A stretch of 64,000 nt of DNA from Heterodontus francisci (taxonomy: Eukaryota), in the NCBI RefSeq assembly GCF_036365525.1, contig NC_090399.1, positions 42,440,430 through 42,504,429 on the forward strand, given 5' to 3'. The translations under genes were made by a program, and so were the position numbers. Numbering within the stretch: the first letter of the stretch is position 1; each line of letters opens with the position of its first letter. The notes under the pieces are model-generated. The model saw only the letters and a program-made list of their open reading frames with translations, was not told where the DNA came from and made no database searches. Shown one piece after another: positions 35,401 to 50,400 of the stretch.

Positions 35401-38400
35401 CAAAACACCAACCCCACACAGAGAGACATCAGGACATGAACCCCAAAACACCAACCCCACACAGAGACACATCAGGACATGAACCGCAAAACACCAACCC
35501 CACACATTGAGACACATCAGGACATGAACCCCAAAACACCAACCCCACATAGAGAAACATCAGGACATGAACCCCAAAACACCAACCCCACACATCGAGA
35601 CACATCAGGACATGATCCCCAAAACACCAACCCCACAGAGAGAAAGACATCAGGACATGAACCCCAAAACGCCAACCCCACACAGAGACACACATCAGGA
35701 TATGAACCCCAAAACACCAACACAAGAGAGACATCAGGACATGAACCCCAAAACACCAACCCCACACAGAGAAACATCAGGACATGAACCCCAAAACACC
35801 AACCCCACAAAAAGACATCAGGACATAAACCCCAAAACACCAACCCCACACAGAGAGACATCAGGACATGAACCCCAAAACACCAACCCCACACAGAGAG
35901 ACATCAGGACATGAACCCCAAAACACCAACCCCACACAGAGAGACATCAGGACATGAACCCCAAAACACCAACCCCACACAGAGAGACATCAGGACATGA
36001 ACCCCAAAACACCAACCCCACACATCGAGACACATCAAGACATGAACCCCAAAACACCAACCCCACACATCGAGACACATCAAGACATGAACCCCAAAAC
36101 ACCAACCCCACACATCGAGACACATCAAGACATGAACCCCAAAACACCAACCCCACACATCGAGACACATCAAGACATGAACCCCAAAACACCAACACCA
36201 CACATCGAGACACATCAAGACATGAACCCCAAAACACCAACCCCACACATCGAGACACATCAAGACATGAACCCCAAAACACCAACACCACACATCGAGA
36301 CACATCAAGACATGAACCCCAAAACGCCAACCCCACACATCGAGACACATCAAGACATGAACCCCAAAACACTAACCCCACACAGAGAGAGACATCAAGA
36401 CATGAACCCCAAAACACTAACCCCACACAGAGAGAGACATCAGGACATGAACCCCAAAACACCAACCCCACACAGAGAAACATCAGGACATGAACCCCAA
36501 AACACCAAGCCCACACAGAGAGACATCAGGACATGAACCCCAAAACACCAAGCCCACACAGAGAGACATCAGGACATGAACACCAAAACACCAGCCCCAC
36601 ACAGAGAGAGACATCAGGACATGAACCCCAAAACACCAACCCCACAGAGAGAGAGACATCAGGACATGAACCCCAAAACACCAACCCCACATAGAGAAAC
36701 ATCAGGACATGAACCCCAAAACACCAACCCCACACAGAGACACATCAGGACATGAACCCCAAAACACCAACCCCACAGAGAGAAAGACATCAGGACATGA
36801 ACCCCAAAACGCCAACCCCACACAGAGACACACATCAGGATAAGAACCCCAAAACACCAACACAAGAGAGACATCAGGACATGAACCCCAAAACACCAAC
36901 CCCACACAGAGAGACATCAGGACATGAACCCCAAAACACCAACACAAGAGAGACATCAGGACATGAACCCCAAAACACCAACCCCACACAGAGAGACATC
37001 AGGATATGAACCCAAAACACCAACACCACACAGAGACACATCAGGACATGAACCCCAAAACACCAACCCCACAAAAAGACATCAGGACATAAACCCCAAA
37101 ACACCAACCCCACACAGAGAGACATCAGGACATGAACCCAAAAACACCAGCCCCACACAGAGAGAGACATCAGGACATGAACCCCAAAGCACCAACCCGT
37201 CACAGAGAAACATCAGGACATGAACCCCAAAATACCAACCCCACACAGAGAGAGACATCAGGAAATGAACCCCAAAACACCAACCCCACGCAGAGAGTCA
37301 TCAGGACATGAACCCCAAAACACCAACCCCACACAGAGAGACATCAGGACATGAACCCCAAAACACCAACCCCACACAGAGAGACATCAGGACATGAACC
37401 CAAAAACACCAGCCCCACACAGAGAGAGACATCAGGACATGAACCCCAAAGCACCAACCCTTCACAGAGAAACATCAGGACATGAACCCCAAAATACCAA
37501 CCCCACACAGAGAGAGACATCAGGAAATGAACCCCAAAACACCAAACCCACGCAGAGAGTCATCAGGACATGAACCCCAAAACACCAACCCCACACAGAG
37601 AGACATCAGGACATGAACCCCAAAACACCAACCCCACACAGAGAGACATCAGGACATGAACCCCAAAACACCAACCCCACACAGAGAGACATCAGGACAT
37701 GAACCCCAAAACACCAACCCCACACAGAGAGACATCAGGACATGAACCCCAAAACACCAACCCCACTCAGAGAGACACATCAGGACATGAACCCCAAAAC
37801 ACAAACCCCACACAGACAGACATCAGGACATGAACCCCAAAACATCAACCCCACACAGAGACATCAGGACATGAACCCCAAAACACAAACCCCACACAGA
37901 GACACATCAGGACATGAACCCCAAAACACCAACCCCACACATCGAGACACATCAGGACATGAACCCCAAAACACCAACCCCACATATCGAGACACATCAA
38001 GACATGAACCCCAAAACACCAACCCCACACATGGAGACACATCAGGACATGAACCCCAAAACACCAACCCCACATATCGAGACACATCAAGACATGAACC
38101 CCAAAACACCAACCCCACACATCGAGACACATCAGGACATGAACCCCAAAACACCAACCCCACACATCGAGACACATCAGGACATGAACCCCAAAACACC
38201 AACCCCTCACAGAGAAACATCAGGACATGAACCCCAAAACACCAACCCCACACATCGAGACACATCAGGACATGAACCCCAAAACACCAACCCCACACAT
38301 CGAGACACATGAGGACATGAACCCCAAAACACCAACCCCACACAGAGAGACACATCAAGACATGAACCCCAAAACACAAACCCCACACATCGAGACACAT

Positions 38401-41400
38401 GAGGACATGAACCCCAAAACACCAACCCCACACATCGAGACACATCAGGACATGAACCCCAAAACACAAACCCCACACAGAGACACATGAGGACATGAAC
38501 CCCAAAACACCAACCCCACACAGAGAGACATCAGGACATGAACCCCAAAACACCAACCCCACACAGAGAGACACATCAAGACATGAACCCCAAAACACCA
38601 ACCCCACACAGAGACACATCAAGACATGAACCCCAAAACACCAACCCCACACATCGAGACACATCAGGACATGATCCCCAAAACACCAACCCCACACATT
38701 GAGACACATCAGGACATGAACCCCAAAACACCAACCCCACACAGAGAGACATCAGGACATGAACCCCAAAACACCAACCCCACACATCGAGACACATCAA
38801 GACATGAACCCCAAAACACCAACCCCACACAGAGAGACACATCAGGACATGAACCCCAAAACACCAACCCCACACAGAGAGACACATCCGGACATGAACC
38901 CCAAAACACCAACCCCACACAGAGAGACATCAGGACATGAACCCCAAAACACCAACCCCACACAGAGACACATCAGGACATGAACCGCAAAACACCAACC
39001 CCACACATTGAGACACATCAGGACATGAACCCCAAAACACCAACCCCACATAGAGAAACATCAGGACATGAACCCCAAAACACCAACCCCACACATCGAG
39101 ACACATCAGGACATGATCCCCAAAACACCAACCCCACAGAGAGAAAGACATCAGGACATGAACCCCAAAACGCCAACCCCACACAGAGACACACATCAGG
39201 ATATGAACCCCAAAACACCAACACAAGAGAGACATCAGGACATGAACCCCAAAACACCAACCCCACACAGAGAGACATCAGGACATGAACCCCAAAACAC
39301 CAACACAAGAGAGACATCAGGACATGAACCCCAAAACACCAACCCCACACAGAGAAACATCAGGACATGAACCCCAAAACACCAACCCCACAAAAAGACA
39401 TCAGGACATAAACCCCAAAACACCAACCCCACACAGAGAGACATCAGGACATGAACCCCAAAACACCAACCCCACACAGAGAGACATCAGGACATGAACC
39501 CCAAAACACCAACCCCACACAGAGAGACATCAGGACATGAACCCCAAAACACCAACCCCACACAGAGAGACATCAGGACATGAACCCCAAAACACCAACC
39601 CCACACATCGAGACACATCAAGACATGAACCCCAAAACACCAACCCCACACATCGAGACACATCAAGACATGAACCCCAAAACACCAACCCCACACATCG
39701 AGACACATCAAGACATGAACCCCAAAACACCAACCCCACACATCGAGACACATCAAGACATGAACCCCAAAACACCAACACCACACATCGAGACACATCA
39801 AGACATGAACCCCAAAACACCAACCCCACACATCGAGACACATCAAGACATGAACCCCAAAACACCAACACCACACATCGAGACACATCAAGACATGAAC
39901 CCCAAAACGCCAACCCCACACATCGAGACACATCAAGACATGAACCCCAAAACACTAACCCCACACAGAGAGAGACATCAAGACATGAACCCCAAAACAC
40001 TAACCCCACACAGAGAAACATCAGGACATGAACCCCAAAACACCAAGCCCACACAGAGAGACATCAGGACATGAACCCCAAAACACCAAGCCCACACAGA
40101 GAGACATCAGGACATGAACACCAAAACACCAGCCCCACACAGAGAGAGACATCAGGACATGAACCCCAAAACACCAACCCCACAGAGAGAGAGACATCAG
40201 GACATGAACCCCAAAACACCAACCCCACATAGAGAAACATCAGGACATGAACCCCAAAACACCAACCCCACACAGAGACACATCAGGACATGAACCCCAA
40301 AACACCAACCCCACAGAGAGAAAGACATCAGGACATGAACCCCAAAACGCCAACCCCACACAGAGACACACATCAGGATAAGAACCCCAAAACACCAACA
40401 CAAGAGAGACATCAGGACATGAACCCCAAAACACCAACCCCACACAGAGAGACATCAGGACATGAACCCCAAAACACCAACACAAGAGAGACATCAGGAC
40501 ATGAACCCCAAAACACCAACCCCACACAGAGAGACATCAGGATATGAACCCAAAACACCAACACCACACAGAGACACATCAGGACATGAACCCCAAAACA
40601 CCAACCCCACAAAAAGACATCAGGACATAAACCCCAAAACACCAACCCCACACAGAGAGACATCAGGACATGAACCCAAAAACACCAGCCCCACACAGAG
40701 AGAGACATCAGGACATGAACCCCAAAGCACCAACCCGTCACAGAGAAACATCAGGACATGAACCCCAAAATACCAACCCCACACAGAGAGAGACATCAGG
40801 AAATGAACCCCAAAACACCAACCCCACGCAGAGAGTCATCAGGACATGAACCCCAAAACACCAACCCCACACAGAGAGACATCAGGACATGAACCCCAAA
40901 ACACCAACCCCACACAGAGAGACATCAGGACATGAACCCAAAAACACCAGCCCCACACAGAGAGAGACATCAGGACATGAACCCCAAAGCACCAACCCTT
41001 CACAGAGAAACATCAGGACATGAACCCCAAAATACCAACCCCACACAGAGAGAGACATCAGGAAATGAACCCCAAAACACCAACCCCACGCAGAGAGTCA
41101 TCAGGACATGAACCCCAAAACACCAACCCCACACAGAGAGACATCAGGACATGAACCCCAAAACACCAACCCCACACAGAGAGACATCAGGACATGAACC
41201 CCAAAACACCAACCCCACACAGAGAGACATCAGGACATGAACCCCAAAACACCAACCCCACACAGAGAGACATCAGGACATGAACCCCAAAACACCAACC
41301 CCACACAGAGAGACATCAGGACATGAACCCCAAAACACCAACCCCACGCAGAGAGTCATCAGGACATGAACCCCAAAACACCAACCCCACGCAGAGAGTC

Positions 41401-44400
41401 ATCAGGACATGAACCCCAAAGCACCAACCCCTCACAGAGAAACATCAGGACATGGACCCCAAAATACCAACCCCACACAGAGAGAGACATCAGGACATGA
41501 ACCCCAAAACACCAACACCACGCAGAGAGACATCAGGACATGAACCCCAAAACACCAACCCCACACAGAGAGACATCAGGACATGAACCCCAAAACACCA
41601 ACCCCACACAAAGAGACATCAGGACATGAACTCCAAAACACCAACCCCACACAGAGAGACATCAGGACATGAACCCCAAAACACCAACCCCACACAGAGA
41701 GACATCAGGACATGAACCCCAAAACACAAACCCCACACAGAGAGACATCAGGACATGAACTCCAAAACACCAACCCCACACAGAGAGACATCAGGACATG
41801 AACCCCAAAACACCAACCCCACACATCGAGACACATCAAGACATGAACCCCAAAACACCAACCCCACACAGAGAGAGACATCAGGACATGAACCCCAAAA
41901 CACCAACCCCACACAGAGAAACATCAGGACATGAAACCCAAAACACCAACCCCACTTAGAGCGAGACATCAGGACATGAACCCCAAAACACCAACCCCAC
42001 ACAGAGAGACACATCAGGACATGAACCCCAAAACACCAACCCCACTTAGAGCGAGACATCAGGACATGAACCCCAAAACACCAACCCCACACAGAGAGAC
42101 ACATCAGGACATGAACCCCAAAACACCAACCCCACAGAGAGAAAGACATCAGGACATGAACCCCAAAACACCAACCCCACACAGAGAAACATCAGGACAT
42201 GAACCCCAAAACACCAACCCCACACAGAGAAACAACAGGACATGAAACCCAAAACACCAACCCCACTTAGAGCGAGACATCAGGACATGAACCCCAAAAC
42301 ACCAACCCCACACAGAGAGAAACATCAGGACATGAACCCCAAAACACCAACCCCACACAGAGAGACACATCAGGACATGAACCCCAAAACACCAACCCCA
42401 CAGAGAGAGACATCAGGACATGAACCCCAAAACACTAACCCCACACAGAGAGAAACATCAAGACATGAACCCCAAAACACCAACCCCACATATCGAGACA
42501 CATCAGGACATGAACCCCAAAACACCAACCCCACACAGAGACACATCAGGACATGAACCCCAAAACACCAACACAAGAGAGACATCAGGACATGAACCCC
42601 AAAACACCAACCCCACTTAGAGCGAGACATCAGGACATGAACCCCAAAACACCAACCCCACTGAGAGCGAGACATCAGGACATGAACCCCAAAACACTAA
42701 CCCCACACAGAGAGAAACATCAGGACATGAACCCCAAAACACCAACCCCACACAGAGAGACACATCAGGACATGAACCCCAAAACACCAACCCCACAGAG
42801 AGAGACATCAGGACATGAACCCCAAAACACTAACCCCACACAGAGAGAAACATCAAGACATGAACCCCAAAACACCAACCCCACATATCGAGACACATCA
42901 GGACATGAACCCCAAAACACCAACCCCACACAGAGACACATCAGGACATGAACCCCAAAACACCAACCCCACACAGAGAGACATCAGGATATGAACCCAA
43001 AACACCAACCCCACTTAGAGCGAGACATCAGGACATGAACCCCAAAACACCAACCCCACTTAGAGCGAGACATCAGGACATGAACCCCAAAACACCAACC
43101 CCACACAGAGAGACACATCAGGACATGAAACCCAAAACACCAACACAAGAGAGACATCAGGACATGAACCCCAAAACACCAACCCCACACAGAGAGAGAC
43201 GTCAGGACATGAACCCCAAAACACCAACCCCACACAGAGACACATCAGGACATGAACCCCAAAACACCAACCCCACAAAAAGACATCAGGACATAAACCC
43301 CAAAACACCAACCCCACACAGAGAGACATCAGGACATGAACCCCAAAACACCAACCCCACATAGGGAGACATCAGAACATGAACCCAAAAACACCAGCCC
43401 CACACAGAGAGAGACATCAAGACATGAACCCCAAAGCACCAACCCCTCACAGAGAAACATCAGGACATGAACCCCAAAATACTAACCTCACACAGAGAGA
43501 GACATCAGGACATGAACCCCAAAACACCAACCCCACGCAGAGAGTCATCAGGACATGAACCCCAAAACACCAACCCCACACAGAGAGACATCAGGACATG
43601 AACCCCAAAACACCAACCCCACACAGAGAGACATCAGGACATGAACCCCAAAACACCAACCCCACACAGAGAGAGATCAGGACATGAACCCCAAAACACC
43701 AACCCCACACAGAGAGAGATCAGGACATGAACCCCAAAACACCAACCCCACGCAGAGAGTCATCAGGACATGAACCCCAAAACACCAACCCCACGCAGAG
43801 AGTCATCAGGACATGAACCCCAAAGCACCAACCCCTCACAGAGAAACATCAGGACATGAACCCCAAAATACCAACCCCACACAGAGAGAGACATCAGGAC
43901 ATGAACCCCAAAACACCAACCCCACGCAGAGAGACATCAGGACATGAACCCCAAAACACCAACCCCACACAGAGAGACATCAGGACATGAACCCCAAAAC
44001 ACAAACCCCACACAGAGAGACATCAGGACATGAACTCCAAAACACCAACCCCACACAGAGAGACATCAGGACATGAACCCCAAAACACCAACCCCACACA
44101 TCGAGACACATCAAGACATGAACCCCAAAACACCAACCCCACACAGAGAGAGACATCAGGACATGAACCCCAAAACACCAACCCCACACAGAGAGACACA
44201 TCAGGACATGAACCCCAAAACACCAACCCCACTTAGAGCGAGACATCAGGACATGAACCCCAAAACACCAACCCCACACAGAGAGACACATCAGGACATG
44301 AACCCCAAAACACCAACCCCACAGAGAGAAAGACATCAGGACATGAACCCCAAAACACCAACCCCACACAGAGAAACATCAGGACATGAACCCCAAAACA

Positions 44401-47400
44401 CCAACCCCACACAGAGAAACATCAGGACATGAACCCCAAAACACCAACCCCACACAGAGAAACATCAGGACATGAAACCCAAAACACCAACCCCACTTAG
44501 AGCGAGACATCAGGACATGAACCCCAAAACACCAACCCCACACAGAGAGAAACATCAGGACATGAAGCCCAAAACACCAACCCCACACAGAGAGACACAT
44601 CAGGACATGAACCCCAAAACACCAACCCCACAGAGAGAGACATCAGGACATGAACCCCAAAACACTAACCCCACACAGAGAGAAACATCAAGACATGAAC
44701 CCCAAAACACCAACCCCACATATCGAGACACATCAGGACATGAACCCCAAAACACCAACCCCACACAGAGACACATCAGGACATGAACCCCAAAACACCA
44801 ACACAAGAGAGACATCAGGACATGAACCCCAAAACACCAACCCCACTTAGAGCGAGACATCAGGACATGAACCCCAAAACACCAACCCCACTTAGAGCGA
44901 GACATCAGGACATGAACCCCAAAACACTAACCCCACACAGAGAGAAACATCAGGACATGAACCCCAAAACAACAACCCCACACAGAGAGACACATCAGGA
45001 CATGAACCCCAAAACACCAACCCCACAGAGAGAGACATCAGGACATGAACCCCAAAACACTAACCCCACACAGAGAGAAACATCAAGACATGAACCCCAA
45101 AACACCAACCCCACACACGGAGACACATCAGGACATGAACTCCAAAACACTAACCCCACACAGAGAGAAACATCAGGACATGAACCCTAAAACACTAACC
45201 CCACACACGGAGACACATCAGGACATGAACTCCAAAACACCAACACAAGAGAGACATCAGGACATGAACCCCAAAACACCAACCCCACACAGATGAGACA
45301 TCAGGACATGAACCCCAAAACACCAACCCCACACAGAGAGACATCAGGACATGAACCCCAAAACACCAACCCCACCCAGAGAGACATCAGGACATGAACC
45401 CCAAAACACCAACACAAGAGAGACATCAGGATATGAACCCCAACACACCAACATCACACAGAGAGACATCAGGATATGAACCCCAAAACACCAACACAAG
45501 AGAGACATCAGGACATGAACCCCAAAACACCAACACAAGAGAGACATCAGGACATGAACCCCAAAACACCAACACAAGAGACACATCAGGACATGAACCC
45601 CAAAACACCAACCCCACACAGAGAGGCATCAGGACATGAACCCCAAAACACCAACACAAGAGAGACATCAGGACATGAACCCCAAAACACCAACCCCACA
45701 CAGAGAGGCATCAGGACATGAACCCCAAAACACCAACACAAGAGAGACATCAGGACATGAACCCCAAAACACCAACACAAGAGAGACATCAGGACATGAA
45801 CCCCAAAACACCAACCCCACGCAGAGAGGCATCAGGACATGAACCCCAAAACACCAACCCCACGCAGAGAGGCATCAGGACATGAACCCCAAAACACCAA
45901 CCCCACACAGAGACACATCAGGACATGAACCCCAAAACACCAACCCCACACAGAGACACATCAGGACATGAACCCCAAAACACCAACCCCACACAGAGAC
46001 ACATCAGGACATGAACCCCAAAACACCAACCCCACACAGAGTCACATCAGGACATGAACCCCAAAACACCAACCCCACACAGAGACACGTCAGGACATGA
46101 ACCCCAAAACACCAACACTGCACAGAGACACATCAGGACATGAACCCCAAAACACCAACACCGCACAGAGACACATCAGGACATGAACCCCAAAACACCA
46201 ACACAAGAGAAACATCAGGACATGAACCCCAAAACACCAACCCCACACAGAGCGGCATCAGGACATGAACCCCAAAACACCAACACAAGAGAGACATCAG
46301 GACATGAACCCGAAAACACCAACACCGCACAGAGACACATCAGGACATGAACCCCAAAACACCAACACAAGAGAAACATCAGGACATGAACCCAAAACAC
46401 CAACCCCACACATCGAGACACATCAGGACATGAACCCCAAAACACCAACACAAGAGAGACATCAGGACATGAACCCCAAAACACCAACCGCACACAGAGA
46501 GACATCAGGACATGAACCCCAAAACACCAACACAAGAGAGACATCAGGACATGAACCCCAAAACACCAACACAACAGAGACATCAGGACATGAACCCCAA
46601 AACACCAACACAAGAGAGACATCAGGACAAGAACCCCAAAACACCAACACAAGAGAGACATCAGGACATGAACCCCAAAACACCAACCCACACAGAGAGG
46701 CATCAGGACATGAACCCCAAAACACCAACACAAGAGAGACATCAGGACATGAACCCCAAAACACCAACCCCACACAGAGAGGCATCAGGACATGAACCCC
46801 AAAACACCAACACAAGAGAGACATCAGGACATGAACCCCAAAACACCAACACCACGCAAAGAGGCATCAGGACATGAACCCCAAAACACCAACACAAGAG
46901 AGACATCAGGACATGAACCCCAAAACACCAACCCCACACAGAGAGGCATCAGGACATGAACCCCAAAACACCAACACAAGAGACACATCAGGACATGAAC
47001 CCCAAAACACCAACCCCACACAGAGACACATCAGGACATGAACCCCAAAACACCAACACCACACAGAGAGGCATCAGGACATGAACCCCAAAACACCAAC
47101 ACAAGAGAGACATCAGGACATGAACCCCAAAACACCAACACCACACAGAGAGGCATCAGGACATGAACCCCAAAACACCAACACAAGAGAGACATCAGGA
47201 CATGAACCCCAAAACACCAACCCCACACAGAGAGGCATCAGGACATGAACCCCAAAACACCAACACAAGAGACACATCAGGACATAAACACCAAAACACC
47301 AACCCCACACAGAGACACATCAGGACATGAACCCCAACACACCAACCCCACAGAGACACATCAGGATATGAACACCAAAACACCAACCCCACACAGAGAG

Positions 47401-50400
47401 ACATCAGTACATGAACCCCAAAACACCAACCCCACCCAGAGAGACATCAAGACATGAACCCCAAAACACCAACCCCACACAGAGACACATGAGGACATGA
47501 ACCCCAAAACACCAACCCCACACAGAGAGAGACCTCAGGATATGAACCCCAACACACCAACATCGCACAGAGAGACATCAGGATATGAACCCCAAAACAC
47601 CAACCCCACCCAGAGACACATCAGGACATGAACCCCAAAACACCAACCCCACACAGAGAGAGACATCAGGATATGAACCCCAACACACCAACATCGCACA
47701 GAGAGACATCAGGATATGATCCCCAAAACACCAACCCCACCCAGAGATACATCAGGACATGAACCCCAAAACACCAACCCCACAGAAAAACATCAGGACG
47801 TGAACCCCAAATCACCAACACCACACAGAGAAACATCAGGACATGAACCCCAAAACACCAACCCCACAGAGAGAAAGACATCAGGACATGAACCCCAAAA
47901 CACCAACCCCACAGAAAAACATCAGGACGGAACCCCAAAACACCAACCCCACAGAGAGAAAGACATCAGGACATGAACCCCAAAACACTAACCCCACACA
48001 GAGACACATCAGGACATGAACCCCAAAACACTAACCCCACACAGAGAGACATCAGGACATGAACCCCAAAACACCAACCCCACACAGAGACACACATCAG
48101 GACATGAAACCCAAAACACCAACCCCACGGAGAGAGACATCAGGACATGAACCCCAAAACACCAACCCCACACAGAGAGACATCAGGACATGAACCCCAA
48201 AACACCAACCCCACACAGAGAGACATCAGGACATGAACCCCAAAACACCAACCCCACACAGAGAGACATCAGGACATGAACCCCAAAACACTAACCCCAC
48301 ACAGAGAGACATCAGGACATGAACCCCAAAACACTAACCCCACACAGAGAGACATCAGGACATGAACCCCAAAACACCAACCCCACACAGAGAGACGTCA
48401 GGACATGAACCCCAAAACACCAACCCCACACAGAGAGACATCAGGACATGAACCCCAAAACACTAACCCCACACAGAGACACACATCAGGACATGAAACC
48501 CAAAACACTAACCCCACACAGAGACACATCAGGACATGAACCCCAAAACACCAACCCCACAGAGAGACACATCAGGACATGAACCCCAAAACACCAACCC
48601 CACACAGAGAGACACATCAGGACATGAACCCCAAAACACCAACCCCACACAGAGAGACATCAGGACATGAACCCCAAAACACCAAACCCACACAGAGAGA
48701 CATCAGGACATGAACCCCAAAACACCAACCCCAGATAGACACATCAGGACATGAACCCCAAAACACCAACCCCACACAGAGGCACATCAGGACATGAACC
48801 CCAAAACACCAACCCCACAGAAAAACATCAGGACATGAACCCCAAAACACCAACCCCACAGAGAGACACATCAGGACATGAACCCCAAAACACCAACCCC
48901 AGATAGACACATCAGGACATGAACCCCAAAACACCAACCCCACAGAAAAACATCAGGACATGAACCCCAAAACACTAACCCCACACAGAGACACACATCA
49001 GGACATGAAACCCAAAACACTAACCCCACACAGAGAGACATCAGGACATGAACCCCAAAACACTAACCCCACACAGAGACACACATCAGGACATGAAACC
49101 CAAAACACTAACCCCACACAGAGAGACACATCAGGACATGAACCCCAAAACACCAACCCCACAGAGAGACACATCAGGACATGAACCCCAAAACACCAAC
49201 CCCACACAGAGAGACACATCAGGACATGAACCCCAAAACACCAACCCCACACAGAGAGACATCAGGACATAAACACCAAACCCACACAGAGAGACATCAG
49301 GACATGAACCCCAAAACACCAACCCCAGATAGACACATCAGGACATGAACCCCAAAACACCAACCCCACACAGAGGCACATCAGGACATGAACCCCAAAA
49401 CACCAACCCCACAGAAAAACATCAGGACATGAACCCCAAAACACCAACCCCACAGAGAGACACATCAGGACATGAACCCCAAAACACCAACCCCAGATAG
49501 ACACATCAGGACATGAACCCCAAAACACCAACCCCACAGAAAAACATCAGGACATGAACCCCAAAACACCAACACCACTCGGAGACACATCAGGACATGA
49601 ACCCCAAAACCCAACCCCACAGAAAGACATCTGGACATGATGCCCAAAACACCAACCCCACACAGAGTCATCAGGACATGAACCCCAAAACACCAACCCC
49701 ACACAGAGACACATTAGTTCATGAACCCCAAAACACCAACCCCACGGAGAGACATCAGTTCATGAACCCCAAAACACCAACCCCACGGAAAGACATCAGG
49801 ACATGAACCCCAAAACACCAACACAAGAGAGACATCAGGACATGAACCCCAAAACACCAACCTCACACAGAGAGACATCAGGACATGAACCCCAAAACAC
49901 CAAACCCACACAGAGAGAGACATCAGGACATGAACCCCAAAACACAAACCCCACACAGAGAGAGACATCAGGACATGAACCCCAAAACACCAACCACACA
50001 CAGAGAGAGACATCAGGACATGAACCCCAAAACACCAACACCACACAGAGAGACATCAGGACATGAACCCCAAAACACCAACCCCACACAGAGAGCCATC
50101 AGGACATGAACCCCAAAACACAAACCCCACACAGAGAGAGACATCAGGACATGAACCCCAAAACACCAACCCCACAGAAAGACATCAGGACGTGAACCCC
50201 AAAACACCAACACCTCACAGAGAAACATCAGGACGTGAACCCCAAAACACCAACCCCACACAGAGAAACATCAGGACATGAACCCCAAAACACCAACCCC
50301 ACACAGAGAAACATCAGGACATGAACCCCAAAACACCAACCCCACACAGAGACATCAGGACATGAACCCCAAAACACCAACCCCACACAGAGAAACATCA

